A stretch of 64,000 nucleotides of DNA from Planctomycetota bacterium (lineage in GTDB: Bacteria; Planctomycetota; Planctomycetia; Pirellulales; UBA7805), in the NCBI GenBank assembly GCA_003389215.1, contig QQVP01000064.1, positions 1,468 to 65,467 on the forward strand. The letters run 5' to 3'. This document shows positions 8,111 through 18,486 of the stretch, in pieces. A program made the position numbers and the translations under genes. The notes beneath the pieces are model-generated. The model saw only the letters and a program-made list of their open reading frames with translations. It was not told the origin of the DNA and searched no databases. Every line of letters begins with the position of its first letter. Within the stretch, counting starts at the first letter, position 1.

Positions 8111-9316
8111 CTAGGACAGACCGAGGAAGTAGCGCATCAGTTTCCAGCCTTCGGGAAAGCTGAGCGACGACGCGCCGGCCGTGACTTCGTCGTAGCTGGT
8201 GAATTCGTCGGCGGTCACGTCGCTGCCGGCAATCGTCAGCGGCACCGCGCCGTGGCTGTGGGTCTTGGTCCGCAGCGGCGTGGGATGGTCGGGGGTGATC
8301 AGGATGCGGTAATCGCCCTGGCTCTTTAGCGCCTCATGCAGCGGAGCCACGATGTGCCGGTCGATTTCGGCGAGGGCCTGGATCTTCGCTTCGGCGTCGC
8401 CTTCGTGCGAGGCTTCGTCGGTCGCCTCGACATGCACGCAAATGATGTCGGTCTTCGGCAGGGCGTCGACCGCATAGCGACCCTTGGCGGCGTAGTCGGT
8501 GTCGGTGTAGCCGGTCGCTCCCGGCACCTCGATCCGCTCCCAGCCGAGCAAAGCGGCGATGCCTCGCAGCAGGTCGACCGCGGTGATCATCATGCCCCGC
8601 TTGTCGTATACCTCGGCAAACGGCGCAAGCGCCGGCGAGCGGCCCTGGCCCCACAGCCAGACGTTGGTCGCCGGCAACTTGCCCGCCGCGATGCGGGCCG
8701 CGTTGACCGGGTGGTCGGCGAATACCTTGACGCTGGCGTTCATGTGCTGGATCAAGAGGTCGCTACCCGGTCCGCGGGGATAGTCGTCGAGCACCGGCGA
8801 ATCGGTCAGGTCGTGCGGCGGCGCGGTACGCGTATCGTTGCTGAAGGGCGAAGGTCGACCCGCGCCGCGGTAGAGCAGCAGATTGCGATAGCTGACGCCC
8901 GGCACATACTGAAAGGCCTCGTCCTCGACCACGTCTTGCAGATCGCCGAGCAGCTGACGGGCTTCATCGGTCGAAATGTGATCGGCCGTGAAGTCGCGCA
9001 TCTCCTGGTTCTCGATCGTCACCAGGTTGCAGCGAATCGCCCAATCGTCGGCAGCCAGTTCGATTCCCTGCGCGGCGGCCTCCAGCGGCGCGCGGCCCGT
9101 GAAGTTGGCCACGGGGTCGTAACCCAGCAGGCTCATGTTGGCCACGGCCGACCCGGCGGGCAGGTGGTCGGGCACGTGGTTCGCGCGCCCGACGACCCCG
9201 GCGGCGGCCACGGCGTCCATCGCAGGGGTTTCGGCCGCCTGCAGCGGTGTCTTGCCGCCGAAGGCTTCTTGCGGTTCGTCCGCACACCCGTCGGGGATGA
9301 TGATCGCGTATTTCAT
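8111..9316 (-). CDS. apgM: Cofactor-independent phosphoglycerate mutase family (ApgM type, proposed homoserine kinase subfamily)
   Basis: PDGCADEP..GKTPL, GSAVANMSLLGY, HVEATDEASHEG, PDHPTP; lies between hom and lysC. Confidence 0.88.
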   Translation of the reverse strand: MKYAIIIPDGCADEPQEAFGGKTPLQAAETPAMDAVAAAGVVGRANHVPDHLPAGSAVANMSLLGYDPVANFTGRAPLEAAAQGIELAADDWAIRCNLVTIENQEMRDFTADHISTDEARQLLGDLQDVVEDEAFQYVPGVSYRNLLLYRGAGRPSPFSNDTRTAPPHDLTDSPVLDDYPRGPGSDLLIQHMNASVKVFADHPVNAARIAAGKLPATNVWLWGQGRSPALAPFAEVYDKRGMMITAVDLLRGIAALLGWERIEVPGATGYTDTDYAAKGRYAVDALPKTDIICVHVEATDEASHEGDAEAKIQALAEIDRHIVAPLHEALKSQGDYRILITPDHPTPLRTKTHSHGAVPLTIAGSDVTADEFTSYDEVTAGASSLSFPEGWKLMRYFLGLS

Positions 9317-9330
9317 GACGGTGTTACTTT

Positions 9331-9402
9331 CACAGCGCTGTTACTTCCACAGCGCTCCTATTTGCACAGCGCTGTTATCGTCACAGCGCTGTTCCCACAG
9401 CG
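9331..9402. repeat. Tandem array of ~17-bp units with palindromic core ACAGCGCTGT (5 units)
   Basis: CACAGCG starts at 9331, 9348, 9365, 9382 and 9396. Confidence 0.85.
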
Positions 9403-9418
9403 TAAATCTCGTTGTCGG

Positions 9419-10732
9419 TCAGTCGGCCACTCGCATCCGAACACTCGTTGAGCGGACCGCGTCAAGTTGGTCGATCGCTGCGGTCGCGCGCTGGGCCGCC
9501 CCCTCGGTCGTCTTGTGAGTCATCAGCACGATCGGCACCGAGTCGCTCCCTTCCTCGCCCGTCTCGTGCTGAATCACCGACGCGATCGAGACGTCGAATC
9601 GTCCCAATACGCTGGCGATTTCGGCCAGCACGCCCGAGTCGTCCTTGACGCTGAAGCGAAAGTAATAGCGACTCTCGACCTGCTGGTGATCGCGCGGTGA
9701 AACCCGCGGCGGCCGCTGCGACCAAAGCTCAAGCGTGCGAAAGGTAATCGCACTGCGCCCGACAACCGTATCGATCAGGTCGGCCACGACCGCCGAAGCG
9801 GTCGGCATCTGGCCCGCACCGAGTCCGTGGAACCACACCCGCCCCACGGCGTCGCCAACGACGCGCACGGCGTTGTAGGCACCGTGAACTTCGGCCAGCG
9901 GCGCGTCGCGACGGACCAACTGCGGCGAGACGTACAACTCCAAACCCTCGGACATCAGTTCGGCGACGGCCAGCAGCTTGATGCGGTAGCCCAGCTCTGC
10001 GGCAAAGTGAATGTCGAGCGGTTCGATCCGCTCGACGCCTTCGCGAGGAATTTCGTGCCAGGCGACCCGCGCCCCGAAGGCAAGATGGGCCAAGATCGCC
10101 AACTTCTGCGCGGCGTCGCTGCCATCGACGTCGAGCGTCGGATCGGCCTCGGCGTAGCCGAGTCGCTGAGCTTCGGCGACGGCGGTGGCGTAGTCGGTCT
10201 CCTGCTCTTCCATCTCGGTGAGAATGAAGTTGCAGGTTCCGTTGAGGATGCCGTGCAGCGACTGGATTTCATTCGCCGAAAGGCACTGCGCGATGTTCGT
10301 GATAATGGGGATGCCGCCGGCCACCGAGGCCTCGAAGGCGATCGAGCGACCCAGCTCCCGCGCCCGATCGAACAGTTCCGGCCCGTGCTCGGCCAGCAGG
10401 GCCTTGTTCGCGGTGACGACGTCCTTACCGGCCTCGAGCAGCTCGAGCATGATCGAGCGGGCCGGCTCCAAGCCGCCCACCAGCTGCACGACCGTCCGGA
10501 TGCTCTCGTCGCCGGTGACGCTGGCCAGATCGTCGGTGAGCACGCCGTCGGCAAGCTTCACCTCGCGCGGACGCGCCACATCGCGCACCACCGCCCGCGT
10601 CAGCCGCAGCGGGCGACCGGCATGGCGCGCCAGTCGATCGGCCTGCTCGGTCAACAGACGGGCCACACCGGCACCGACCGTGCCAACTCCGACGAGAGCG
10701 ACGTTGCTCGGCGTAGTATCACTTAACTGCAT
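9419..10732 (-). CDS. hom: Homoserine dehydrogenase with C-terminal ACT domain
   Basis: GVGTVG, VVTANK, FEASVAGGIP, GILNGTCN, GYAEADP, GAGQMPTASAV; start approximate. Confidence 0.95.
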   Translation of the reverse strand: MQLSDTTPSNVALVGVGTVGAGVARLLTEQADRLARHAGRPLRLTRAVVRDVARPREVKLADGVLTDDLASVTGDESIRTVVQLVGGLEPARSIMLELLEAGKDVVTANKALLAEHGPELFDRARELGRSIAFEASVAGGIPIITNIAQCLSANEIQSLHGILNGTCNFILTEMEEQETDYATAVAEAQRLGYAEADPTLDVDGSDAAQKLAILAHLAFGARVAWHEIPREGVERIEPLDIHFAAELGYRIKLLAVAELMSEGLELYVSPQLVRRDAPLAEVHGAYNAVRVVGDAVGRVWFHGLGAGQMPTASAVVADLIDTVVGRSAITFRTLELWSQRPPRVSPRDHQQVESRYYFRFSVKDDSGVLAEIASVLGRFDVSIASVIQHETGEEGSDSVPIVLMTHKTTEGAAQRATAAIDQLDAVRSTSVRMRVAD

Positions 10733-11041
10733 GCTACCACTCGACGGCATGACGAGGTTCACGTCTAAGCGGGGCCTACGTCTACGCGGGGTCCCCAGGC
10801 GGCCTGCGACGGTCGCGACCGAATCTGACATCGTAGGTCTGCGTGGCGGGACTCGTCAACCGTTACACCGCTCGCTAAGCTTGGTTGCAACGCCCGTAGG
10901 GTCGCAGCTTTGCGCTCTCCATTTACCGCTCTCGATTTGCCAAGGAGGCCGTGTCCTGCCGTCGTGTTGCCTGCGACCTCAATCTCGTCGCCGGTTTCAC
11001 CCGCGACTCGCCATTCACCAATCCTCCCCAGCCGTCATGCC

Positions 11042-12100
11042 ATGAACGATCAAGCCCACAAGTTCTTCAAGGATCTGCTCGAAACCCCCAGTCCCTCCGG
11101 CTACGAAAAGCCGGTTCAGGACGTCGTGCGGGCCTATGCCGGCGAGTTTGCCGACGAAGTGCGAACCGATACGCACGGCAATGTGATGGCGATCAAGAAT
11201 GCCGACGCGCGGCCCCGGCTGATGTTCGCCGGCCATTGTGACCAGATCGGCCTGATCGTCCAGCACATCGACGACGACGGCTATCTCTATTTGCAGCCGA
11301 TCGGCGGTTGGGATCCGTTGCAGCTGATCGGCCAGCGACTGACCGCCTGGACCAGCGACGGCCCGGTGCACGGCGTGATTGCCCGTAAGCCGATTCATCT
11401 GCTGTCCGATGAGGAACGCAAGCAGGTGCCCAAAATGAAGGATCTGTGGCTCGACATCGGAGCGAAGGACAAGGAAGAAGCAAGCGGCCTGGTCCGCGTC
11501 GGCGATCCGGTGACGTTGCAGCTCGGCTATCAGGAACTGCGCAACCAGCGGGCCAACTCACCCGGCATGGACGACAAGACCGGTTTGTGGGTCGTCATCG
11601 AGGCCCTGCGTCGCGCGGCCGCCGAGGGACTCAATTGTGGTGTCTATGCCGTCTCGACCGTGCAGGAGGAGATCGGACTGCGGGGAGCCCGCACCAGCGC
11701 CTACGGAATCGACCCCGAGGTCGGCATCGCGGTGGACGTCACGCACGCCACCGACTGCCCCACGATCGACAAAAAGGCCGAAGGCGACATCAAGCTGAGC
11801 GGCGGTCCGGTGATCTATCGCGGACCGAACAACAACCCGGTGGTCGTCGACCGATTGATCGAAGTCGCCGAAAAGAGGGAGATTCCCTACCAGCTCGGCG
11901 CCATCGGGCGGGCCACGCCCACCGACGCCAACTCGCTACAGGTCACCCGGGCGGGCGTCGCGACGTCGTTGGTGAGCATTCCGAACCGCTACATGCACAG
12001 CGGCGTCGAGACGATCTCGCTGGAGGACATCGATCGGGCGGCCGACCTCTTGGCCGGCTTCGCCTTGAGTCTCTCGGAGAGCGACGACTTTCGGCCGTAG
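11042..12100 (+). CDS. M42 family metallo-aminopeptidase
   Basis: PSPSGYE, AGHCDQIG, MDDK, QEEIGLRGA, RYMHS. Confidence 0.93.
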   Translation: MNDQAHKFFKDLLETPSPSGYEKPVQDVVRAYAGEFADEVRTDTHGNVMAIKNADARPRLMFAGHCDQIGLIVQHIDDDGYLYLQPIGGWDPLQLIGQRLTAWTSDGPVHGVIARKPIHLLSDEERKQVPKMKDLWLDIGAKDKEEASGLVRVGDPVTLQLGYQELRNQRANSPGMDDKTGLWVVIEALRRAAAEGLNCGVYAVSTVQEEIGLRGARTSAYGIDPEVGIAVDVTHATDCPTIDKKAEGDIKLSGGPVIYRGPNNNPVVVDRLIEVAEKREIPYQLGAIGRATPTDANSLQVTRAGVATSLVSIPNRYMHSGVETISLEDIDRAADLLAGFALSLSESDDFRP

Positions 12101-12360
12101 CTGGTGCGGCGAGCGGCGCTTTTCGGTCGTAGCTGCTGTGGTATCCGGAGTGGCACTGGCTCCGCCAGTGCTTCCTACGGGAGGGGGAAAGCGCCCGCTG
12201 AGCCATGAACGCCGGTGGTGCCGCGGCTCGGCAGGCTTCGGTCGTGAGCTCAGCCGAACGGAGCCTCACCCTCCCGATTCTTGTGGACGCGGGTGCCAAA
12301 ATGGCAGGGTGGCGGGCGATCCGGATCCTCCTGTCTTGGTGTCTGGGCCTACCGGCGATT

Positions 12361-12391
12361 CTCGCAAGATATATCGCTGTAACGTCTTAGG
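12361..12391. promoter_or_regulatory. 31-bp IHF-like box upstream of the groEL sigma-54 promoter
   Basis: CTCGCAAGATATATCGCTGTAACGTCTTAGG; same AAG-N18-TTAG geometry as the boxes in the 170-bp element. Confidence 0.45.
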
Positions 12392-12406
12392 GCGTTTCCA
12401 GCCAGC

Positions 12407-12422
12407 TTGGCACGGTGCTTGC
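12407..12422 (+). promoter_or_regulatory. Sigma-54 (-24/-12) promoter for the chaperone operon
   Basis: TTGGCACG-GTGC-TTGC matches TGGCACG-N4-TTGC exactly. Confidence 0.7.
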
Positions 12423-12584
12423 CTTTAGTGCCGCGAAGCTGTTTCCGCGCCTGCCAAAACGGCCGCGGTCGGCGTACGGGCCGAGTTGGCTGCCGGCGTT
12501 TCTGGCGACCGCTCGCGGAAGCCGCCGCCACCAACGAAGGGCCGCCCCCGACAAAGGGCCGCAGCCCAACGACCCACCCGCAAA

Positions 12585-12616
12585 CAACCTCTTTCCAACG
12601 CAATCTCTTTCCAACG
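12585..12616. repeat. 16-bp tandem duplication in the groEL leader
   Basis: CAA(C/T)CTCTTTCCAACG x2. Confidence 0.75.
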
Positions 12617-12704
12617 ACTATAAGGCCGCCCCGATCGGGCTGGGCCATCTCTCGAATCAACTCGAACCAAGACGTTTCACACTGCCTCTAGGAGGATCTC
12701 GATC

Positions 12705-14435
12705 GTGGCAAAGCAGATGGTATTCGAAGACGAAGCACGGCAGCCGTTGGCAGCCGGCGTGAGCAAACTGGCCAAGGCAGTTGCCACCACGCTCGGCCCC
12801 CGCGGTCGCAACGCGGTGCTCGACAAAGGCTGGGGCTCTCCCAAGGTGACCAAGGACGGCGTCACGGTGGCCGAGGACATCGAACTCGACGATCCGTTCG
12901 AGAACCTGGCCGTGCAGCTGGTCAAAGAGGCTGCCACGAAGACTAACGACGTGGCTGGCGACGGCACGACGACCGCCACCGTGTTGGCCGAAGCGATTTA
13001 CCTCGAAGGCCTCAAGATGATTGCCGCCGGCGGCGATCCGATGGCCCTTTCGCGCGGCATCGGACGGGCCAGCGCGGCGATCGACGCGGCCCTGCAGAAG
13101 ATGGCCACGATGATCGACGCCAAGAGCAAGAAGGAAATCACCCAGATCGCCACCATTGCCGGCAACAACGATTCGTCGATCGGAAGCGTGCTGGCCGATG
13201 CCTTCCTGAAGGTCGGCAAGGATGGCGTGATCACGGTCGAAGAGGGACGCGGTGCCGAGACGACCGTTGAGGTGGTCGAGGGCATGCAGTTCGATCGCGG
13301 TTTTCTCTCGCCGCACTTCGTCACCAATGTCGACGAGCAACTCGTCGAGTTGGAAAACTGCCTTGTGCTGATTCACGAGGAGAAGATCACCAACGTCAAA
13401 AAGCTCGTGCCGTTGCTGGAAGAGGTCAGCAAGGCTGGTAAGCCACTGCTGATCATCGCCGAGGACGTCGAGGGCGAGGCCCTGGCGACCCTGGTGGTCA
13501 ACAAGATGCGCGGCATCCTGAATGTCGCGGCGGTGAAGGCGCCCGGCTATGGCGATCGCCGCAAGGCGATGCTGGGCGACCTGGCAACGCTGACCGGCGG
13601 GACCGCCATCTTCAAGGATCTCGGCATTAGTCTCGACGCCGTGAAACTCTCCGATTTGGGCAAGGCCAAGAAGATCATCATTTCCTCGGGCGACACGACG
13701 CTCGTCGGGGGCGGCGGCAAGAAGGCCGATATCGAGGGTCGTGCCGAGCAGATTCGCCGCGAGATCGACGTGACCGATAGCGATTACGATCGCGAGAAGC
13801 TGCAGGAACGCCTGGCCAAGCTGGCCGGCGGCGTGGCCCAGATCAACTGCGGTGCCGCGACCGAAACGGAAATGAAGGAGCGCAAGGCCCTGATCGAAGA
13901 CGCCAAGAACGCGACCGCGGCCGCCCTGGAAGAAGGCATCGTGCCGGGCGGCGGCGTGGCTCTGATTCGCGCCGAGAAGGCCCTCGACAAGGTCGAAGCG
14001 ACCGGCGACGAGGAGTTCGGCGTGCAGATCGTTCGCAAGGTGCTCGACTATCCGCTGCGTCGCATTGCCGAAAACGCCGGCACCGACGGTGCGGTGGTCG
14101 TCAATCGCGTTCGCCAATTGAAGAACAAGAACGAAGGCTACAACGCCGACAACGACAGCTACTGCGACTTGGTCGAGGCGGGCGTTATCGATCCGGCCAA
14201 GGTCGTGCGAACCGCACTGCAGAACGCGGCCAGCGTGGCGGCTTTGCTGCTGACCACTTCGTCGCTGGTCACCGACATCCCCGAGCCGGAAGAGGAAGGT
14301 GGCGATCACGATCATCACCACCACGACCATGGCATGGGCGGCATGGGCGGCATGGGCGGCGGCATGCCTGGTATGGGCGGTATGGGTGGCATGGGTGGCA
14401 TGGGTGGCATGGGTGGCATGCCCGGCATGATGTAA
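12705..14435 (+). CDS. groL: Chaperonin GroEL with His-rich plus GGM tail
   Basis: [27 protein letters not shown]; C-terminus DHDHHHHDH(GMG)n. Confidence 0.97.
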   Translation: MAKQMVFEDEARQPLAAGVSKLAKAVATTLGPRGRNAVLDKGWGSPKVTKDGVTVAEDIELDDPFENLAVQLVKEAATKTNDVAGDGTTTATVLAEAIYLEGLKMIAAGGDPMALSRGIGRASAAIDAALQKMATMIDAKSKKEITQIATIAGNNDSSIGSVLADAFLKVGKDGVITVEEGRGAETTVEVVEGMQFDRGFLSPHFVTNVDEQLVELENCLVLIHEEKITNVKKLVPLLEEVSKAGKPLLIIAEDVEGEALATLVVNKMRGILNVAAVKAPGYGDRRKAMLGDLATLTGGTAIFKDLGISLDAVKLSDLGKAKKIIISSGDTTLVGGGGKKADIEGRAEQIRREIDVTDSDYDREKLQERLAKLAGGVAQINCGAATETEMKERKALIEDAKNATAAALEEGIVPGGGVALIRAEKALDKVEATGDEEFGVQIVRKVLDYPLRRIAENAGTDGAVVVNRVRQLKNKNEGYNADNDSYCDLVEAGVIDPAKVVRTALQNAASVAALLLTTSSLVTDIPEPEEEGGDHDHHHHDHGMGGMGGMGGGMPGMGGMGGMGGMGGMGGMPGMM

Positions 14436-14514
14436 GCCGGCGTTGCCAAGCCTGCGAACCGTACCCCCTTCACCACGAACAGAATCGCGAATCACGCAAA
14501 GGAGTTGGAACATC

Positions 14515-14814
14515 ATGGCGAACGAAAAACTGCGACCCCTGGACGATCGAGTCGTTGTCGAGCCGGTCGAGGCGGAAGAGACCACTGCCGGCGGCATCGT
14601 GCTGCCCGATTCGGCCAAGGAGAAGCCGCAGCTCGGCACGGTCGTGGCGGTCGGTCCCGGTCGGCTGTTGGACAACGGCAACCGCGGCGAGTTGTCGGTG
14701 GCCCTTGGCGATCAGGTTTACTTCGGCAAGTACGGCGGCGTCGAGCAGGAGCTCAACGGTCGCGACGTCAAGATTCTCCGCGAGAGCGACATCCTGGCCA
14801 AAGTCGTCAGCTAA
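14515..14814 (+). CDS. groS: Co-chaperonin GroES
   Basis: [32 protein letters not shown]; AAGGAG RBS. Confidence 0.96.
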   Translation: MANEKLRPLDDRVVVEPVEAEETTAGGIVLPDSAKEKPQLGTVVAVGPGRLLDNGNRGELSVALGDQVYFGKYGGVEQELNGRDVKILRESDILAKVVS

Positions 14815-14902
14815 ACGTTCCGCCAACTTCGAATATCAGACAGAATTCCATCGCGGCTCGCGGCGACGGGCCCCTTTCAAGACAACATAAGGAACCACAC
14901 AA

Positions 14903-16522
14903 GTGGCCAAGCAACTGCTTTTTGAAGACCAAGCCCGGGCCAAGATGCTGCGTGGCGTCGAGAAACTGGCCGACGCGGTGGCCGTCACCATGGGCCCCAC
15001 CGGTCGCAACGTAATCATCGCCAAGAGTTTTGGCGGACCCACGGTCACCAAGGACGGCGTTACGGTCAGCAAAGAGGTCGAACTGGAAGACCGCTTCGAG
15101 AACATGGGCGCGAAGCTGGTGAACGAGGTCGCTTCGAAGACGTCGGATCTGGCCGGCGACGGCACCACGACCGCCACCGTGCTGGCTCGTGCAATCTTCA
15201 AGGAAGGTCGCCGCAACATCGTGGCCGGCAGCAACCCGATGGCGGTTCGCCGCGGCATTGAGAAGGCCGTCGACGCGGCGGTCGAGGAGTTGCTCTCGAT
15301 GGCCAAGCCGGTTGCCAGCAAGGAAGACGTGGCCAATGTCGGCGCGATCAGCGCCAACAACGACATGGAAATCGGCAACCTGCTGGCCGATGCCCTCGAG
15401 AAGGTCGGCAAGGACGGTGTGATCACCGTCGAAGAAGGCAAGACGATGGAGACGACCGTCGAATTCGTCGACGGCATGCAATTCGACAAGGGCTTCATCT
15501 CGCCCTACTTCATCACGCGACCGGCCGAGCGCGACTGCGTGCTGGAAGATGCCTACATTCTGATTCACGAAAAGAAGATCAGCAATCTCCGCGACCTGGT
15601 GCCGCTACTGGAAAAGACGAGCCAGACCGGCAAGCCGCTGTTGATCATTGCCGAAGACGTCGAGGGCGAGGCCCTGGCCGCGCTGGTCGTCAACAAGCTC
15701 CGCGGCGTGCTGAACATCTCGGCGGTCAAGGCACCCGGCTTTGGCGATCGCCGCAAGGCGCTGTTGGGCGACATCGCCACGCTGACCGGCGGCACGCTGA
15801 TCAGCGAGGACCTCGGCGTGAAGCTCGAGAACGTCGAGGTGTCGCAGCTCGGTCGCGCCAAGCAGATCACGATCGACAAGAGCAACACGACGATCGTCGA
15901 AGGCGCCGGCAGCTCGGCGGACGTGCAGCAGCGGATCGGTCAGATTCGCAATCAGATCGAGCAGAGCGACAGCGACTACGATCGCGAGAAACTGCAAGAG
16001 CGGCTGGCCAAGCTCACCGGGGGCGTGGCCATCGTTTCGGTTGGTGCCGGCACCGAAGCCGACATGAAACAGAAGAAGGCCCGTGTCGAAGACGCCCTGC
16101 ACGCCACCCGCGCGGCGGTCGAGGAGGGAATTCTGCCGGGCGGCGGCGTGGCCCTGCTGCGTTGCACCGAGGCGGTTGAAGCGGCTCGCAAGTCGGCCAA
16201 GGGGGACGAGAAGATCGGCGTCGATATCGTGCTCAAGGCCCTGGCGGCTCCGCTCACGCAAATTGCCAACAACTCGGGCGTCGACGGTTCGGTGGTGGTC
16301 GACACCGTGTTGGGCAAACCGACCAACGTCGGTTACGAAGCCAACACGGGCGAGTATGTCGACCTGGTCAAGGCGGGCGTGATCGATCCGGTGAAGGTCG
16401 TTCGCACCGCACTGGCCAACGCCGCGAGTATCTCCGGATTGCTGCTGACCACCGAGGCGTTGGTCACGAATCTGGAAGAGGAAGATAAGGACAAGCAGCG
16501 CGTCGAAGGTAGCGTTCGCTAA
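14903..16522 (+). CDS. groL: Chaperonin GroEL, second paralog without GGM tail
   Basis: [25 protein letters not shown]; ends [15 protein letters not shown]. Confidence 0.97.
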   Translation: MAKQLLFEDQARAKMLRGVEKLADAVAVTMGPTGRNVIIAKSFGGPTVTKDGVTVSKEVELEDRFENMGAKLVNEVASKTSDLAGDGTTTATVLARAIFKEGRRNIVAGSNPMAVRRGIEKAVDAAVEELLSMAKPVASKEDVANVGAISANNDMEIGNLLADALEKVGKDGVITVEEGKTMETTVEFVDGMQFDKGFISPYFITRPAERDCVLEDAYILIHEKKISNLRDLVPLLEKTSQTGKPLLIIAEDVEGEALAALVVNKLRGVLNISAVKAPGFGDRRKALLGDIATLTGGTLISEDLGVKLENVEVSQLGRAKQITIDKSNTTIVEGAGSSADVQQRIGQIRNQIEQSDSDYDREKLQERLAKLTGGVAIVSVGAGTEADMKQKKARVEDALHATRAAVEEGILPGGGVALLRCTEAVEAARKSAKGDEKIGVDIVLKALAAPLTQIANNSGVDGSVVVDTVLGKPTNVGYEANTGEYVDLVKAGVIDPVKVVRTALANAASISGLLLTTEALVTNLEEEDKDKQRVEGSVR

Positions 16523-16551
16523 CGTCGCCGTCGTCTGCGATCGAAAAACGG

Positions 16552-16588
16552 GCGGGCCACTTTTGTCGCCGACAGAGGTGGCCCGTTT
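16552..16588 (+). terminator. Hairpin between groEL2 and dnaJ (terminator or mRNA stabiliser)
   Basis: GCGGGCCACTTTTGTC-GCC-GACAGAGGTGGCCCGT followed by short T run. Confidence 0.55.
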
Positions 16589-16687
16589 GCGGCGCAGGCG
16601 ACGGCGCAACCCAACGTTTGCATCCGCAGGGGCGTCGGCCCCCGCGGCCGACAATTGACATACTCCCGTTTTTGGGAGGCTCATATA

Positions 16688-17848
16688 ATGAGCACGATGG
16701 CCGGTAAACGAGATTATTACGAAGTCTTGGAGGTCGAGCGGACCGCGACCGACAAGACGATTGCCGACAGCTACCGCAAGCTGGCGATCCGCTTCCACCC
16801 CGACAAGAACCCCGGCGACGACGAGGCGATCGGGCGTTTCAAGGAAGCGGCCGAGGCCTTCGAGGTGCTCAGCGATCCGCAGAAGCGCGAACGCTACGAT
16901 CGTTTCGGCCACGCGGGCCTGGAAGGCAACGGCAGCCACTTTGCCGACGTGGGCGACATCTTCGAGGCCTTTGGCGACATCTTCGGCGGGGGTGGCATCT
17001 TTGGCGACATCTTCGGCGGGGGCGGTGGTCGCGGCGGACGGCGCGTGCACAAGGGTGCCGACATCCGCTGCGAAGTGACCATCGACCTCCTGGAAGCCGC
17101 CCGCGGCGTCAACAAAGAAGTCGAGCTATCGCGGCATCGCGTCTGCGAAGATTGCGACGGCAGCGGGGCCGAGCCGGGTAGCGAGCTGGAAGCGTGTCGC
17201 TATTGTGGCGGCCGCGGCCAGGTCGTTCAACAGAGCGGGATCCTCCGCGTGCAAACGACCTGTCCTTCCTGTCGCGGCGCCGGAGAGATGGTCAAGGTTC
17301 CCTGTCGCGCCTGTCGCGGCGAAGCTTATGTGGCCGAGACGGTTACCAAATCGGTCACGATTCCCGCCGGGGTCGACGACCAGATGCGGGTTCGCATCAC
17401 GGGCGAAGGTGAGCCGAGCCCCGACGGCGGACCGCCGGGCGATTGCTACTGTTTCATTCACGTGACCGAGCACCCGCTGTTTCGCCGCGAGGGGAGTCAC
17501 CTGATCTGTCGCGTCCCGCTCAGCTATTCTCAGGCGGCCCTGGGCGCGACGATCGAAGTGCCCACGCTCGACGGCAAGGAGCCGATGGAAATTCCCGCCG
17601 GCACCCAGCCGGGCGAGGTGTTCACGCTCAAGCGACGCGGTATGCCCGATCCGCGCGGCGGCGTGGGCGGCGACCTGCACGTGCAGGTGCAGATCGAGGT
17701 TCCCAAGCGGCTCGATCGCGAGCAGGAAGACTTGATTCGCCAGCTGGCCGAACACGATCACGTGAACGTGACGCCCCATCGCAAGACCTTTACCGAACGA
17801 CTTCGCGAGTTCTTCATACCGGACGACGATGACGACGAAACCAGATAA
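16688..17848 (+). CDS. dnaJ: Molecular chaperone DnaJ
   Basis: HPD motif, G/F-rich region, CxxCxGxG zinc-finger repeats. Confidence 0.96.
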   Translation: MSTMAGKRDYYEVLEVERTATDKTIADSYRKLAIRFHPDKNPGDDEAIGRFKEAAEAFEVLSDPQKRERYDRFGHAGLEGNGSHFADVGDIFEAFGDIFGGGGIFGDIFGGGGGRGGRRVHKGADIRCEVTIDLLEAARGVNKEVELSRHRVCEDCDGSGAEPGSELEACRYCGGRGQVVQQSGILRVQTTCPSCRGAGEMVKVPCRACRGEAYVAETVTKSVTIPAGVDDQMRVRITGEGEPSPDGGPPGDCYCFIHVTEHPLFRREGSHLICRVPLSYSQAALGATIEVPTLDGKEPMEIPAGTQPGEVFTLKRRGMPDPRGGVGGDLHVQVQIEVPKRLDREQEDLIRQLAEHDHVNVTPHRKTFTERLREFFIPDDDDDETR

Positions 17849-18410
17849 TGACGACATTGATTCGGCCCGTGCGGCGGACGAGGCGCCGACCGACGATTCG
17901 CTTGCGGAAGAGCTGACCGAGGCCTCGGATGCCGGCGGCGCTGCGAGCGAGATCGACGTGTTGCGCGCGGAACTCGCCGAGGCGAAACAGCGGTTGGTCC
18001 GCGGACAGGCCGACCTGGACAACTTTCGCAAGCGGGCCGCCCGCGAGCTGGAGAGCGAGCGGCGCTACGCGGCTTTGCCGCTGCTGGCCGATTTGTTGCC
18101 GGTGGCCGACAACATTCAGCGGGCCATTGCCGCGGCCGAAGAGAGCGAGCACGAGGCCGGCTTGCTCGAAGGGTTCCGCATGGTGGCCGATCAGCTCACC
18201 TCGGTGTTGGAGAAGCACCACTGTCGCGAGATCGTCGCCCACGGCGAGACCTTCGATCCGAACCTGCACGAGGCGATCTCGCTGCTGCCCAGCGCCGAGC
18301 ACGAACCGAACACGGTCATGGAGGTGACCTCGACCGGGTACACGTTGCACGATCGTGTGGTGCGGCCCTCGCAGGTCGTGGTGGCCGCCGAGAAGCCCAA
18401 GGAAGCGTAG
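17829..18410 (+). CDS. grpE: Nucleotide exchange factor GrpE
   Basis: ADLDNFRKR, FDPNLHEA, GYTLHDRVVRPSQV. Confidence 0.94.
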   Translation: MTTKPDNDDIDSARAADEAPTDDSLAEELTEASDAGGAASEIDVLRAELAEAKQRLVRGQADLDNFRKRAARELESERRYAALPLLADLLPVADNIQRAIAAAEESEHEAGLLEGFRMVADQLTSVLEKHHCREIVAHGETFDPNLHEAISLLPSAEHEPNTVMEVTSTGYTLHDRVVRPSQVVVAAEKPKEA

Positions 18411-18486
18411 CGCGCGTAGTCGAGCGCGTAATGGAAGAGCGCGTGCCGCGCGAGCGTCGTGCGGCCAGCCAGGAGCGACCCGCGTC

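Noticed and set aside
9331-9402. Possible mini-CRISPR array
   Set aside because: The period is only 14-17 bp with no spacer-length unique sequence, and no cas genes are in the window.
12407-12433. CIRCE element before groEL (GGCAC...GTGCC)
   Set aside because: Arms and spacing deviate from TTAGCACTC-N9-GAGTGCTAA; the sigma-54 consensus fits exactly instead.
14330-14432. GGCATGGGC tandem repeat
   Set aside because: Ordinary GGM-coding tail of GroEL.
12657-14681. Long antisense ORFs (also 6101-8008, 23579-25684, 28498-30615, 35379-37148, 37043-38875)
   Set aside because: Shadow frames of well-supported genes in high-GC DNA, with no recognisable motifs.
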